Part shown: positions 18,876 to 28,175 of the stretch, piece after piece | How positions within the stretch are numbered: position 1 is the first letter of the stretch | How the letters are laid out: each line of letters begins with the position of its first letter | NCBI GenBank assembly: GCA_944391015.1 | Contig: CALXRZ010000001.1 | Location: 1-63,959 of the forward strand | Length of the DNA: 63,959 nt | Direction of reading: 5' to 3' | DNA from: an uncultured Clostridia bacterium | Lineage (GTDB): Bacteria > Bacillota > Clostridia > TANB77 > CAG-508 | Notes under the pieces: generated by a model | The model's input: the letters and a program-made list of their open reading frames with translations, nothing else | Told to the model about the DNA's origin: nothing | Database searches by the model: none | Program-made: the position numbers and the translations under genes

Positions 18876-19406
18876 TTACTTCTCTGTTACTAGTCCTGTG
18901 TTTAAGTCAACTATTAAAAATGCAACAGTTACAGCATTTGAACTTGCTACTACTATATGTTTTCCTTCTCCATTTACACCATCATATCTAAAATATATAT
19001 CATCTGAAATTCCATATTCTTCTTCATAATATTCTTTAGCAAGTTTAATTGCTTTCTCTTGTCTACTTGTAGTTGTGCCTTCAACTACTTCTGAAGAATT
19101 GCCATTGCTCTCTTCTTCGCTGTTTTTATAATCACTGCTATTGCTACTATCATTTTCATCAGTTTCTGTTTTTTGCGTATTCTCACTATCTTCTAGCACA
19201 TTTGTACCCACCTCTTCATTTGTTAATGCATTTTCCACAAAGTCATTTATTATGTTATCAATTCCTTTATTTTCATCTGGCAAATCTGTAGTTGCATTTA
19301 CGTTTGCTGGCTCGGTTTTATAATTTTCATATACAGCCCAAATTATTCCTAATGCTAGAAGAACTACTACTATTACTATTAAAAAAGTTTTTCCGTTTTT
19401 ACTCAT
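18876..19406 (-). CDS. membrane-anchored acidic hypothetical protein
   Basis: N-terminal TM segment (TFLIVIVVVLLALGIIWAVY), an acidic low-complexity linker, and a small C-terminal domain. Confidence 0.55.
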   Translation of the reverse strand: MSKNGKTFLIVIVVVLLALGIIWAVYENYKTEPANVNATTDLPDENKGIDNIINDFVENALTNEEVGTNVLEDSENTQKTETDENDSSNSSDYKNSEEESNGNSSEVVEGTTTSRQEKAIKLAKEYYEEEYGISDDIYFRYDGVNGEGKHIVVASSNAVTVAFLIVDLNTGLVTEK

Positions 19407-19487
19407 ATGTGTTCCTCCTTTTTTACTTATTTTTTCATTTCAAAAGTTATTGCTTAAAATATTAACTTGAATTGTTTGTAGTATTTA

Positions 19488-20678
19488 CTAAAGTACTTTT
19501 GCTCGTGCTTGACCATCCACTAACCTAATGTCTATTTCTTCGTCTTTTTTTAACTCTTCTACTGATTTTACGACTTTACCATTAACTTGCACTATTGAGT
19601 AACCTCTTGTTAATGTTTTTAGAGGGCTTAGGGCATCTAACTTTGCTATATGTTTTATCATATTTGTCTTTTTATTATTGTATATGTTAGATATACTATT
19701 TTGCATTGTTTTAACTTTCATATCTATAAGGATATATTTTTCATTTATTTTTTGTAATGGTTCTTTAAATACTCTACTGTTCATACATTTTTCATATCTA
19801 AGTTTCATAAATTCTACTTTTTTCTTTAGTGCTAATTTATACCTATTGTCATACCCTTCTAGCTTTAATTTTATATCTGCTATATTTGGTACTGCAAGTT
19901 CTGCTGCTGCAGATGGTGTAGGCGCTCTTAAGTCTGCTACAAAGTCTGCAATTGTAAAGTCTGTTTCGTGTCCTACTGCCGAAATTACTGGAAGCTCTGA
20001 ATCGTATATGGCTCTAGCTACAATTTCTTCATTAAATGGCCATAGGTCTTCTAGTGAGCCACCACCTCTTGCTACTATAATAACATCTGCTAGTTTTTTT
20101 TCGTTCATGGTTTTTATTGCGTCTACTATTTTTTCAGCTGCTCCTGGTCCCTGAACCGGTACTGGTAATAGCTTTATGTATACATTTGGATTTCTTCTAG
20201 TAGATACATTTATTATATCTCTAATTACTGCGCCTGTATTTGACGTAAGTACGCCTATGCACCTTGGCATAAGTGGAATTTTCTTTTTATGACTTTGGTC
20301 AAATAATCCTTCTTTTTCTAGCTTTGCTTTCATCTCTTCATAGGCTTTATATAGACTTCCTATGCCATCTTCTTGCATTGCTTTTACATATATTTGATAT
20401 ACTCCATCTCTTTCAAAAACAGACACACTACCAAATATGGTAACTTTCATACCGTCTTTTGGCTCAAATTTTAAATTTGCAGCATATCCTTTAAACATTA
20501 TACATTTTATTAAAGAATTTTCGTCTTTTAGAGTAAAATACAAATGTCCTGTATAATGATGCTTATAATTTGAAATTTCTCCCTTAACAAAAACATTGTT
20601 TAGCATTTCGTCTTTGTCAATTTTATCTTTTATATATTTATTTAACTCTGTTACGCTAATTGCATTATATGATGGCAT
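19488..20678 (-). CDS. xseA: exodeoxyribonuclease VII large subunit
   Basis: OB-fold N-terminus (VFVKGEISNYKHHYTGHLYFTLKDE), and motifs GVLTSNTGAVIRDI and ARGGGSLEDLWPFNEE. Confidence 0.95.
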   Translation of the reverse strand: MPSYNAISVTELNKYIKDKIDKDEMLNNVFVKGEISNYKHHYTGHLYFTLKDENSLIKCIMFKGYAANLKFEPKDGMKVTIFGSVSVFERDGVYQIYVKAMQEDGIGSLYKAYEEMKAKLEKEGLFDQSHKKKIPLMPRCIGVLTSNTGAVIRDIINVSTRRNPNVYIKLLPVPVQGPGAAEKIVDAIKTMNEKKLADVIIVARGGGSLEDLWPFNEEIVARAIYDSELPVISAVGHETDFTIADFVADLRAPTPSAAAELAVPNIADIKLKLEGYDNRYKLALKKKVEFMKLRYEKCMNSRVFKEPLQKINEKYILIDMKVKTMQNSISNIYNNKKTNMIKHIAKLDALSPLKTLTRGYSIVQVNGKVVKSVEELKKDEEIDIRLVDGQARAKVL

Positions 20679-21118
20679 TATTCCTCTGTTTCTCCTTTAT
20701 TATCTAATTGGTTGTTTTTAACTATAGTTGCTAAAACTCCATTAACAAAGCTAGGAGATTTAGTATCTCCAAACGCTTTTGCAAGTTCTACTGCCTCGTT
20801 TATAACTACTTTATATGGTGTTTTTAAATATAGCATTTCAAATATTGCTATTTGCAATATAACTATGTTTACTTTTGATACCCTTTCATAAGGCCATTTT
20901 TCAGATAAACAACTTTCTATCTGTTTTCTTATTTGTTTTCCGTGCCTTTTTGTTCCATATACCACATCTTTTATATATTTAGTTGTAGCTTTTCCACGTA
21001 TATCTCTTGCTTCTAAAAACATATCTACATTTTCTTTATATTCTTCGTATTTTGTATCTTGTGATACTAAGCTATATACTATTTCAAATGCTATTTTTCT
21101 ATTATCTGACATACTCAT
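20678..21118 (-). CDS. nusB: transcription antitermination factor NusB
   Basis: 146 aa with motifs RVSKVNIVILQIAIFEMLY and INEAVELAKAFGDTKSPSFVNGVL. Confidence 0.9.
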   Translation of the reverse strand: MSMSDNRKIAFEIVYSLVSQDTKYEEYKENVDMFLEARDIRGKATTKYIKDVVYGTKRHGKQIRKQIESCLSEKWPYERVSKVNIVILQIAIFEMLYLKTPYKVVINEAVELAKAFGDTKSPSFVNGVLATIVKNNQLDNKGETEE

Positions 21119-21145
21119 TTTGCTTTTACTATTCCCCTTTACTTA

Positions 21146-21349
21146 TTATAATCTATCTATAAAATTCTTTAATTTTTCTTTTACTGAGTCTTTATTATGT
21201 TGAAAATAATGACCTGCATATCCACAAACGGCTATTAAGATTATTGCTATTATTAGCATATAAAACCTAGTTAGCAGTAGTACTATTGCTATTAGTATTC
21301 CTATAATCATTCCACCATATTGTGACATAAAGCTTTTAAAATCGTTCAT
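21146..21349 (-). CDS. DUF2273-type small integral membrane protein
   Basis: 67 aa with two TM segments. It occupies the conserved position after asp23-amaP. Confidence 0.7.
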   Translation of the reverse strand: MNDFKSFMSQYGGMIIGILIAIVLLLTRFYMLIIAIILIAVCGYAGHYFQHNKDSVKEKLKNFIDRL

Positions 21350-21376
21350 ATATCACCACCGACTTTCCTTTCTTAC

Positions 21377-21937
21377 TTATTGCTCTATAATTTCTGGCTT
21401 TACTGGTTCTATATTTTTAACTTTTACATTTACTTCTTTAACATCTAAATCAGATGATTTTTTTACTGCTTCTTTTATTTTAGCTTGAAGGTTTGAAGTA
21501 AGTTCCTTTATTACTGCATTTTCCTTTACTACTAAATTTACATTAACAGTTAAATTGTTGTCTTTGTCCAAATCTATTTTTGTTGCGACCTCTTCTGCAC
21601 TATCAAAGCCCTTTACAACTGCATTTACTAAATTTTCTATAGTTTCTTTTGTTATTAAAAGTTTGCCATTTGAGTTTTCAAGTAAAATTCCGTTCTTATA
21701 ATCTACTTGCTCTTTTGAAGTAGAATCAAAGAATATGCATTTTATTGCTAATAATATAAATATTATAGCTAAACCTAATAATATTTTTGATGTAACACTA
21801 TCTGTTACTGCAAGATGAAACAAACTTCCTAATAAATCTGTATCTATCCAGCCAAATATTGCTAAACATAATACTACAGAAAAAATAAGTATTAAACTTG
21901 AAAATAGTGCTAAAGCTATTCTATCTAATGTTTTCAT
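21377..21937 (-). CDS. amaP: alkaline shock response membrane anchor protein AmaP
   Basis: Two N-terminal TM segments plus a C-terminal Asp23-like repeat region. It lies downstream of asp23. Confidence 0.7.
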   Translation of the reverse strand: MKTLDRIALALFSSLILIFSVVLCLAIFGWIDTDLLGSLFHLAVTDSVTSKILLGLAIIFILLAIKCIFFDSTSKEQVDYKNGILLENSNGKLLITKETIENLVNAVVKGFDSAEEVATKIDLDKDNNLTVNVNLVVKENAVIKELTSNLQAKIKEAVKKSSDLDVKEVNVKVKNIEPVKPEIIEQ

Positions 21938-22080
21938 ATTTAATCACATCCCTTTACAAATATATTTGTTGCTTACATTATAAGTTGTATAAACGGCACC
22001 TTTTTAATTATTTTATTTCAAACATTAAGACCATATTTAAAATGAAAATAATAATGCAAAGTGCCGTAGTTTAGTTTATA

Positions 22081-22539
22081 TTATTCTGTTTTATTAGAGT
22101 CCTCTGTTTTTACTTCATTCATATTATTTGAATCTGTATTAACTCCTTGTACGTGAACATTTACATCTACAACTTTTAGTCCTGTCATACTTTCTACTGC
22201 TTTTTTTACTCTATTTTGTATTTCAAATGCTACATCTGGTATTCTTACACCATACTCTACAATTATATTAACATCTATTCTTGTTTCTTTTTCTCCGGCT
22301 TCTACTTTAATTCCTTTTGCAAAATTTTTCTTTCCACTAAAAACTTCAGAAATTCCTCCTGCAAATCCACCAGCCATTGATGCAACTCCTGGCACTTCTG
22401 ATGCTGCCGCACCAGCTATTACAGCTATAACATCATCTGCTATTTTTATATTTGAATTTTCTAATGTTACCTCTCCTTGATTTTCTACATTGTTTGCAAC
22501 TTCTTGTACGTTTTCAACATTATTATTATTTTCTTCCAT
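22081..22539 (-). CDS. Asp23/Gls24-family envelope stress protein
   Basis: IADDVIAVIAGAAASEVPGVASM...VNIIVEYGVRIPDVAFEIQNRVKKAVESMTGLKV. Confidence 0.9.
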   Translation of the reverse strand: MEENNNNVENVQEVANNVENQGEVTLENSNIKIADDVIAVIAGAAASEVPGVASMAGGFAGGISEVFSGKKNFAKGIKVEAGEKETRIDVNIIVEYGVRIPDVAFEIQNRVKKAVESMTGLKVVDVNVHVQGVNTDSNNMNEVKTEDSNKTE

Positions 22540-22726
22540 AATAATACCTCCTTATATATATCTTTTGAAAATTTATACTGTTGTTTTCAATAACATTAGT
22601 ATACCAATTATTTTTAATTTTTACAACAGTTTTAAGAAAATTTTTCAGCAAAAGGGTCTTGGCTTAAATTGTAAATCAGTCAACATAATTTTTAAGTGTT
22701 GCAATAAGAATTGCAGTTTATAATGT

Positions 22727-22772
22727 AAAATAAAAGACTAGTACATATTTCTTATTTACAAATATATACTAG
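22727..22772 (-). terminator. rho-independent terminator downstream of pnp
   Basis: 13-bp stem, 22738-22750 / 22760-22772, with one mismatch. CTTTTATTTT follows on the minus strand. Confidence 0.65.
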
Positions 22773-22837
22773 CCTTGTATAATTTTAATTTCTTTTACAT
22801 TTTTACATATTATACATATATATTATTATATTATACA

Positions 22838-24976
22838 TTACATATTATTGCTGTCCTCTTTTGCTGAATGTTCTCCAGCTTCTAGTTCTTTCATACTTAA
22901 GTTTATTCTTCCTTGGTGGTCTATGTCTGTTACTTTAACAGTTATTTCGTCTCCTACTGAAAGCACATCTTCTACTTTGTCAACTCTTTTACTAGAAATT
23001 TTTGAAATGTGAAGTAATCCTTCTCTTCCGCCACCTAAATCTACAAATGCTCCAAATGACATTATTCTGCTAACTACTCCATCATATATTTTTCCTGCTT
23101 CTATGTCTCTTGTGATGCTATCTATTATTTTCATAGCTTTTTTAGCGCTTTCCATATCGCTCGAATATACGCAAACTCTTCCATCATCTTCGATGTCTAT
23201 TTTTACGCCTGTTTCGTCTATTATTTTGTTTATTGTTTTTCCACCTGTACCGATTACGTCCTTAATTTTGTCTGGGTTTATTTTTGTTGTTAATATACGT
23301 GGTGCGTATTTAGATATGTCTGCACGAGGTTTATCTATTACAGGAAGCATTATGTTATCTAGTATGTAATCTCTAGCTACCTTGGTTCTCTCAAACGCTT
23401 CTTTTATTATGTCATAAGTTAAGCCATCTATTTTGATGTCGACTTGGATTGCTGTAATACCATCTTTTGTACCACCAACTTTAAAGTCCATATCTCCAAA
23501 AAAATCTTCTATTCCTTGAATATCTGTAAGCATTATGTATCTGCTTGGGTCATTTTTGTCTGTAACTAAACCTGTTGATATACCTGCAACTGGCTTTTTA
23601 ATTGGAACACCGGCATCCATTAGTGCTAATGTGCTTCCACAAATGCTTGCTTGTGATGTTGAGCCATTTGACGAAAGTACTTCTGATACTACTCTTATTG
23701 CATAAGGAAATTCGTCTTCTGATGGAATTACTGGAACTAATGCCTTTTCTGCTAAAGCTCCGTGGCCTATTTCTCTTCTTCCTGGACCTCTTGATGGACG
23801 TGCTTCTCCTACTGAATATGATGGGAAATTATATTGATGCATATATCTTTTTGATTCTTCTTCATCAATACCATCTAACATTTGCTCTTCGCTTTTCATT
23901 CCAAGTGTTACAATAGACATTACTTGTGTTTGGCCTCTTGTAAATATTGCGCTACCGTGGACTCTTGGAAGTACTCCTACTTCGCAAGATAGTGGTCTTA
24001 TTTCATCTATTTTTCTTCCATCTGGACGTTTATGCTCTTCTAGTATCATTTCTCTTACACAAGCTTTTTCTAGGTCGTGAATGCTATCTGCTATTTCCAT
24101 CTTTCTTTCTTCAACTGCATCTTCTCCATATTTTTCTGCAACATAAGCGTTAATATCTTCTGTTATTTTATCTATATTGCTATCCCTTACTTCTTTATCT
24201 GTAGCTTGTACATCTTGATACATTCTATCTTTAAAGTTTGCTACTATATCGTCATAAAAGTCTTTTTCTACTGCAAAGCTTTGATATTCGAATTTTGGCT
24301 TTCCTATTTCTGCTTTTATTTTTGATATAAAATTGCAAATGTTTTTAATTTCTACGTGTGCAGTTTTTATTGCTTCTAACATTTTTTCGTTTGGTATTTC
24401 ATCTGCACCAGCTTCAATCATTGTAATCTTTTCTAATGTTCCTGCAACTGTTGCTGTTAACCTGCTTTTTTCTCTTTGTGCTACTGTTGGGTTAATTACT
24501 ATTTCATCATCTACCCAACCTACTGCTACTGCTGCTGTTGGTCCATTAAATGGTATATCTGATATTTCTAATGCAGTTGCTGCACCTATCATTGCGCATA
24601 CTTCTGGGCTATTATCTTGTTCTACTGATAATACTGTTGCAGTAACACATACATCATTTCTAAAGTCTTTTGGAAATAAAGGTCTTAATGGTCTATCTAT
24701 AGCTCTTGAGGTAAGTATTGCCTTGTCTGATGGCTTTCCCTCTCTTTTTGTAAAGCTACCTGGTATTTTTCCTACTGCATATAGTTTTTCTTCATAATCT
24801 ACTGAGAGTGGGAAAAAGTCTATTCCTTCTTTTGGTTCTTTTGAAGCTGTAACGTTTACCATTACAACTGTGTCACCATATTTTACTACTACACTTCCGT
24901 TTGCTAACCCGCAAATTTTTCCTGTTTCGATTGTAAGTTCTCTTCCTGCTAAATTTGTACTATAACTTTTAAACAT
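22838..24976 (-). CDS. pnp: polyribonucleotide nucleotidyltransferase (PNPase)
   Basis: 712 aa with two RNase PH domains, a KH domain (IGTGGKTINKII) and an S1 domain (YDGVVSRIMSFGAFVDL). Confidence 0.97.
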   Translation of the reverse strand: MFKSYSTNLAGRELTIETGKICGLANGSVVVKYGDTVVMVNVTASKEPKEGIDFFPLSVDYEEKLYAVGKIPGSFTKREGKPSDKAILTSRAIDRPLRPLFPKDFRNDVCVTATVLSVEQDNSPEVCAMIGAATALEISDIPFNGPTAAVAVGWVDDEIVINPTVAQREKSRLTATVAGTLEKITMIEAGADEIPNEKMLEAIKTAHVEIKNICNFISKIKAEIGKPKFEYQSFAVEKDFYDDIVANFKDRMYQDVQATDKEVRDSNIDKITEDINAYVAEKYGEDAVEERKMEIADSIHDLEKACVREMILEEHKRPDGRKIDEIRPLSCEVGVLPRVHGSAIFTRGQTQVMSIVTLGMKSEEQMLDGIDEEESKRYMHQYNFPSYSVGEARPSRGPGRREIGHGALAEKALVPVIPSEDEFPYAIRVVSEVLSSNGSTSQASICGSTLALMDAGVPIKKPVAGISTGLVTDKNDPSRYIMLTDIQGIEDFFGDMDFKVGGTKDGITAIQVDIKIDGLTYDIIKEAFERTKVARDYILDNIMLPVIDKPRADISKYAPRILTTKINPDKIKDVIGTGGKTINKIIDETGVKIDIEDDGRVCVYSSDMESAKKAMKIIDSITRDIEAGKIYDGVVSRIMSFGAFVDLGGGREGLLHISKISSKRVDKVEDVLSVGDEITVKVTDIDHQGRINLSMKELEAGEHSAKEDSNNM

Positions 24977-25145
24977 AACTTTTTTGTATGACTTATTTTT
25001 TACCTTGTATATGATGTAGAAAAATCGTATACGTGGTTAAGATAAAATTTGATTTTTAAATTCAAAAGCCATACTTCTCCTTTCCTTTTATTTTTTTATT
25101 TTAATTATTAGCACAAAATTAGTTGTAACCTCTATACTATGTTTT

Positions 25146-25197
25146 GGCACCTTAGTACCTGTCACAAAAGTGCCATTTGGCACTTTTGGGGACAGGT
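25146..25197 (+). repeat. dispersed intergenic repeat (GGCAC..TGTCACAAAAGTGCCA unit plus its inverted partner TGGCACTTTTGGGGACAGGT)
   Basis: 25146-25175 matches 46795-46824 at 27 of 30 positions. 25161-25175 and 25178-25194 form an imperfect inverted repeat. GGGGACAGGT recurs at 5235-5247 (reverse complement). Confidence 0.7.
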
Positions 25198-25359
25198 TGA
25201 AATGGAACAAAATTGGCATAAATAGAACTGTCCTTAAACCGGGCAAAAGCACATTATACAAGCTACTTACTAATTTTTTGTGCTAGTAATTATTTTTATA
25301 TTTATGTATTGCTTGCAAATGGACGTTTAGCATTTTGCTTAAACGTCCAACATACATAA

Positions 25360-25623
25360 TTATTTTCTTAATCCTAATTTTTCAACGATGTCTCTATATC
25401 TTTGAACATCTTTTCTTGCTAAGTAGTTAAGTAAGTTTCTTCTTGAACCAACCATTTTTAAAAGACCTCTTCTTGAGTGATTGTCTTTTGTATGAACTTT
25501 TAAATGTTCTGTTAGTTCATTGATTCTTTCTGTTAAAAGAGCGATTTGAACCTCTGGAGAACCAGTGTCTTTTTCATCTCTTCTATATGTTTTGATTATT
25601 TCTTGTTTTCTTTCTGTTGTCAT
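25360..25623 (-). CDS. rpsO: 30S ribosomal protein S15
   Basis: 87 aa; [50 protein letters not shown]. Confidence 0.97.
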   Translation of the reverse strand: MTTERKQEIIKTYRRDEKDTGSPEVQIALLTERINELTEHLKVHTKDNHSRRGLLKMVGSRRNLLNYLARKDVQRYRDIVEKLGLRK

Positions 25624-25755
25624 ATTTTGGGTTACACCTCCTACAATTTAGTTATTTGCCTTAAACTGAGTTAAAGTGGTGTTATTTTTCTTAAACTAAG
25701 TATAAGGTATTGACATATAGTATTGTATCATATCTTTCTTATAATTGCAATAGTT

Positions 25756-26889
25756 TTATTGATAATCTGTTCTACTTAAAGTTGGGAATGTAAATTCCAT
25801 ACTGTTTTGTGATAAGTAACCATCTGGCTCGTGTGTTTTAAAAAATGTGTTACTTCCTTTTAAGAAGTGCTTATAATATGTGTCTTCTGATACATATCCG
25901 CCACCTAATATTATAGGGTCATCCCAAGTTACATCCACAGCATACCAATATCCATCTAGTTGCACATAGTTCCAAGCGTGAGATTCTGTTTCTCCGTTAG
26001 AGTTTGTACCTGTTCCACTTACTAGTACACAAGGAATGTTTAACCCATCCATTATGTATTTAAAACTTCTTGCATATCCTTCGCAAACTGCTTTTCCTTC
26101 TGTTAGCGCTCCCGATATTGAATATGGCTCGTCTGCCACTAGATTTACGTCATATTCTATGTTATTGATTAACCAACTATGAACTTCTTTTATTTTTTCA
26201 TAAGTTGTGAGCCCACTTAATTGTTGATTTATAGATTGTTTCATTGCTTCAAGTAAAGCCATTTTTCCATCTAACACACTTCTATTTTGAAATTTTTCTT
26301 TTAAGTACGAACTATTGCTCCCATTTGATATTTCTACATTATGTATAGATAGTGCTGTTAGAGATTTTGTAGTTAGTGTTAGTTTTTCCACATCTATATA
26401 AAAAACATCCATATTGTCATAAGTATATGCATTCCAAGCTGATTGAAATGCTTCATTTAATATGTCTTCTCCCTCTTCTGTGTTTAGTAAATCACTAAAC
26501 TGTGTTCCGAAATCTATACTATATGTTCCAGATTTCATATTTTCTTTATTTGTTTCAAACCCTTGATATATTACTTTTCCATATTGATTTAATTGATTGT
26601 AGTAATAGTGATAACTTGCATTATATGCTTGATTTTCATTCAAATCTAATACATTTGAATTTTCTACATTTTGTTCAATTACTTCTGGGCTATTAAAACT
26701 ATTTTCTAAATTGTTTGTTAAGCTACTAGAGGTCCCCACAGTTTCTGTGCGTTCCCCTAGTTTGTTTTCTGGACTCATTATATCAAATATATCTACATAT
26801 AATACTTCATACCCTAAAAATACTATTAGCATTAAAATTAAAATTGTTAATATAACTGATGCAATTGATCTACCTTTATTATTTTTCAC
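25756..26889 (-). CDS. membrane-anchored transglutaminase-like domain protein
   Basis: N-terminal TM segment and a transglutaminase core (GKAVCEGYARSFKYIM...HAWNYVQLDGYWYAVDVTWDD). Confidence 0.8.
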   Translation of the reverse strand: MKNNKGRSIASVILTILILMLIVFLGYEVLYVDIFDIMSPENKLGERTETVGTSSSLTNNLENSFNSPEVIEQNVENSNVLDLNENQAYNASYHYYYNQLNQYGKVIYQGFETNKENMKSGTYSIDFGTQFSDLLNTEEGEDILNEAFQSAWNAYTYDNMDVFYIDVEKLTLTTKSLTALSIHNVEISNGSNSSYLKEKFQNRSVLDGKMALLEAMKQSINQQLSGLTTYEKIKEVHSWLINNIEYDVNLVADEPYSISGALTEGKAVCEGYARSFKYIMDGLNIPCVLVSGTGTNSNGETESHAWNYVQLDGYWYAVDVTWDDPIILGGGYVSEDTYYKHFLKGSNTFFKTHEPDGYLSQNSMEFTFPTLSRTDYQ

Positions 26890-26890
26890 T

Positions 26891-28099
26891 TTAACTTACC
26901 TCACGCATTTGTTTTATCATTAAATCTGCAAATACTGCATATCCCATTTTTGAATCATTTACTAGTACGTGCGTTATTGCTCCAATAAATTTTCCATTTT
27001 GTATTATAGGAGCTCCGCTCATACCTTGTATAATTCCTCCTGTTTTTTCTATTAGGTCTTCATCGGTTACTTTTATAAGCATACTTTTGTTATCTTGGTT
27101 ATTTTCTAAAAATATTTTTTGTATTTCTATTTCATATTTTTCTATTTTTCCATTTTCTAACTCACACATTATTTCTGCTTTTCCTGTTTTTATTTCGCTT
27201 CTATTTGCAACTTCTAATTCGTTATTTGTATCTAAATTAAGTCTACTTTTATCTGTTACTTTACCATATACTCCATAATCTGTGTTTTTGTATATGCTTC
27301 CAATAGTACTACTTCCTTCTATTATTCCTCGTATTTCTCCTGGTGTGCCATCTTCTCCTTTGACAATATCTATAATGTTTGTAGTTACTAATTCGCCATT
27401 TGCTATATCTATTAGTTCGTATGTGTCTACGTCATTTATTCCGTGCCCTAATGCACCAAATTCTCCAGTTGATGGCTCATAAAAAGTTAATGTTCCTACT
27501 CCCGCTGCTGCATCTCTAACCCATAATCCTAATTTGTATTCATTCTCCCCAGTTTTTACAGGAGATATATTTGCTACTACTTCTTCGTTATCGCTAATAT
27601 ATGTTATTTGTATGCTTTCGCCCTTTGAACGATTTACACATTCAATAAGCTCATCTGTATTATTTATTTTTACATTATTTACTTCTACAATTTTATCTCC
27701 AGTTTCAATGCCAGTATTTTCATAAGGTTTTTGACCTTGTATTTCTGACATTCCAACAACCAGTACTCCTTTGGTATACATTTTCATTCCTATTGCTTTT
27801 CCAAGTGGTATTACTGTTGTTTTGGGAATAACGTTAACTGTAACATCTTTTACAGAAAATAAATTGAATAAATTTAATTCCAAATTCATTTTTCCAGTTT
27901 CTTCAAATATGCTATTATTTAAGTTACTTGAAGCAGTTACAGTTTTTGCATTTTTAACATTTACTCCCAAAACTGTATTTAATTTTAAAACTTCTCCTTG
28001 CATTAAAATTATATTATTGGGAAGCATACTAATATTACAAACATAAATATAAATTAGTATTAAAGTAATTACAATTAAAATTTTCTTTATTTTTTTCAC
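26891..28099 (-). CDS. spoIVB: SpoIVB peptidase (S55), stage IV sporulation signalling protease
   Basis: PDZ segment (GDKIVEVNNVKINN), GTLTFYEPSTGEFGALGHGI, and the catalytic Ser context GGIIQGMSGAPII. GTG start. Confidence 0.9.
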   Translation of the reverse strand: MKKIKKILIVITLILIYIYVCNISMLPNNIILMQGEVLKLNTVLGVNVKNAKTVTASSNLNNSIFEETGKMNLELNLFNLFSVKDVTVNVIPKTTVIPLGKAIGMKMYTKGVLVVGMSEIQGQKPYENTGIETGDKIVEVNNVKINNTDELIECVNRSKGESIQITYISDNEEVVANISPVKTGENEYKLGLWVRDAAAGVGTLTFYEPSTGEFGALGHGINDVDTYELIDIANGELVTTNIIDIVKGEDGTPGEIRGIIEGSSTIGSIYKNTDYGVYGKVTDKSRLNLDTNNELEVANRSEIKTGKAEIMCELENGKIEKYEIEIQKIFLENNQDNKSMLIKVTDEDLIEKTGGIIQGMSGAPIIQNGKFIGAITHVLVNDSKMGYAVFADLMIKQMREVS

Positions 28100-28175
28100 T
28101 TTTGGTTATCCTTCTTTCTAATCACCTATTATATTTATAGGATAACCATTATTTAAAAATTTAAACTGTATTTTT

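Noticed and set aside
25161-25194. Sigma-54 promoter (TGGCAC-N5-TTGC) in the GGCAC repeats
   Set aside because: The minus-strand sequence TGGCACTTTTGTGACA has TGGCAC but no TTGC -12 element at the right spacing.
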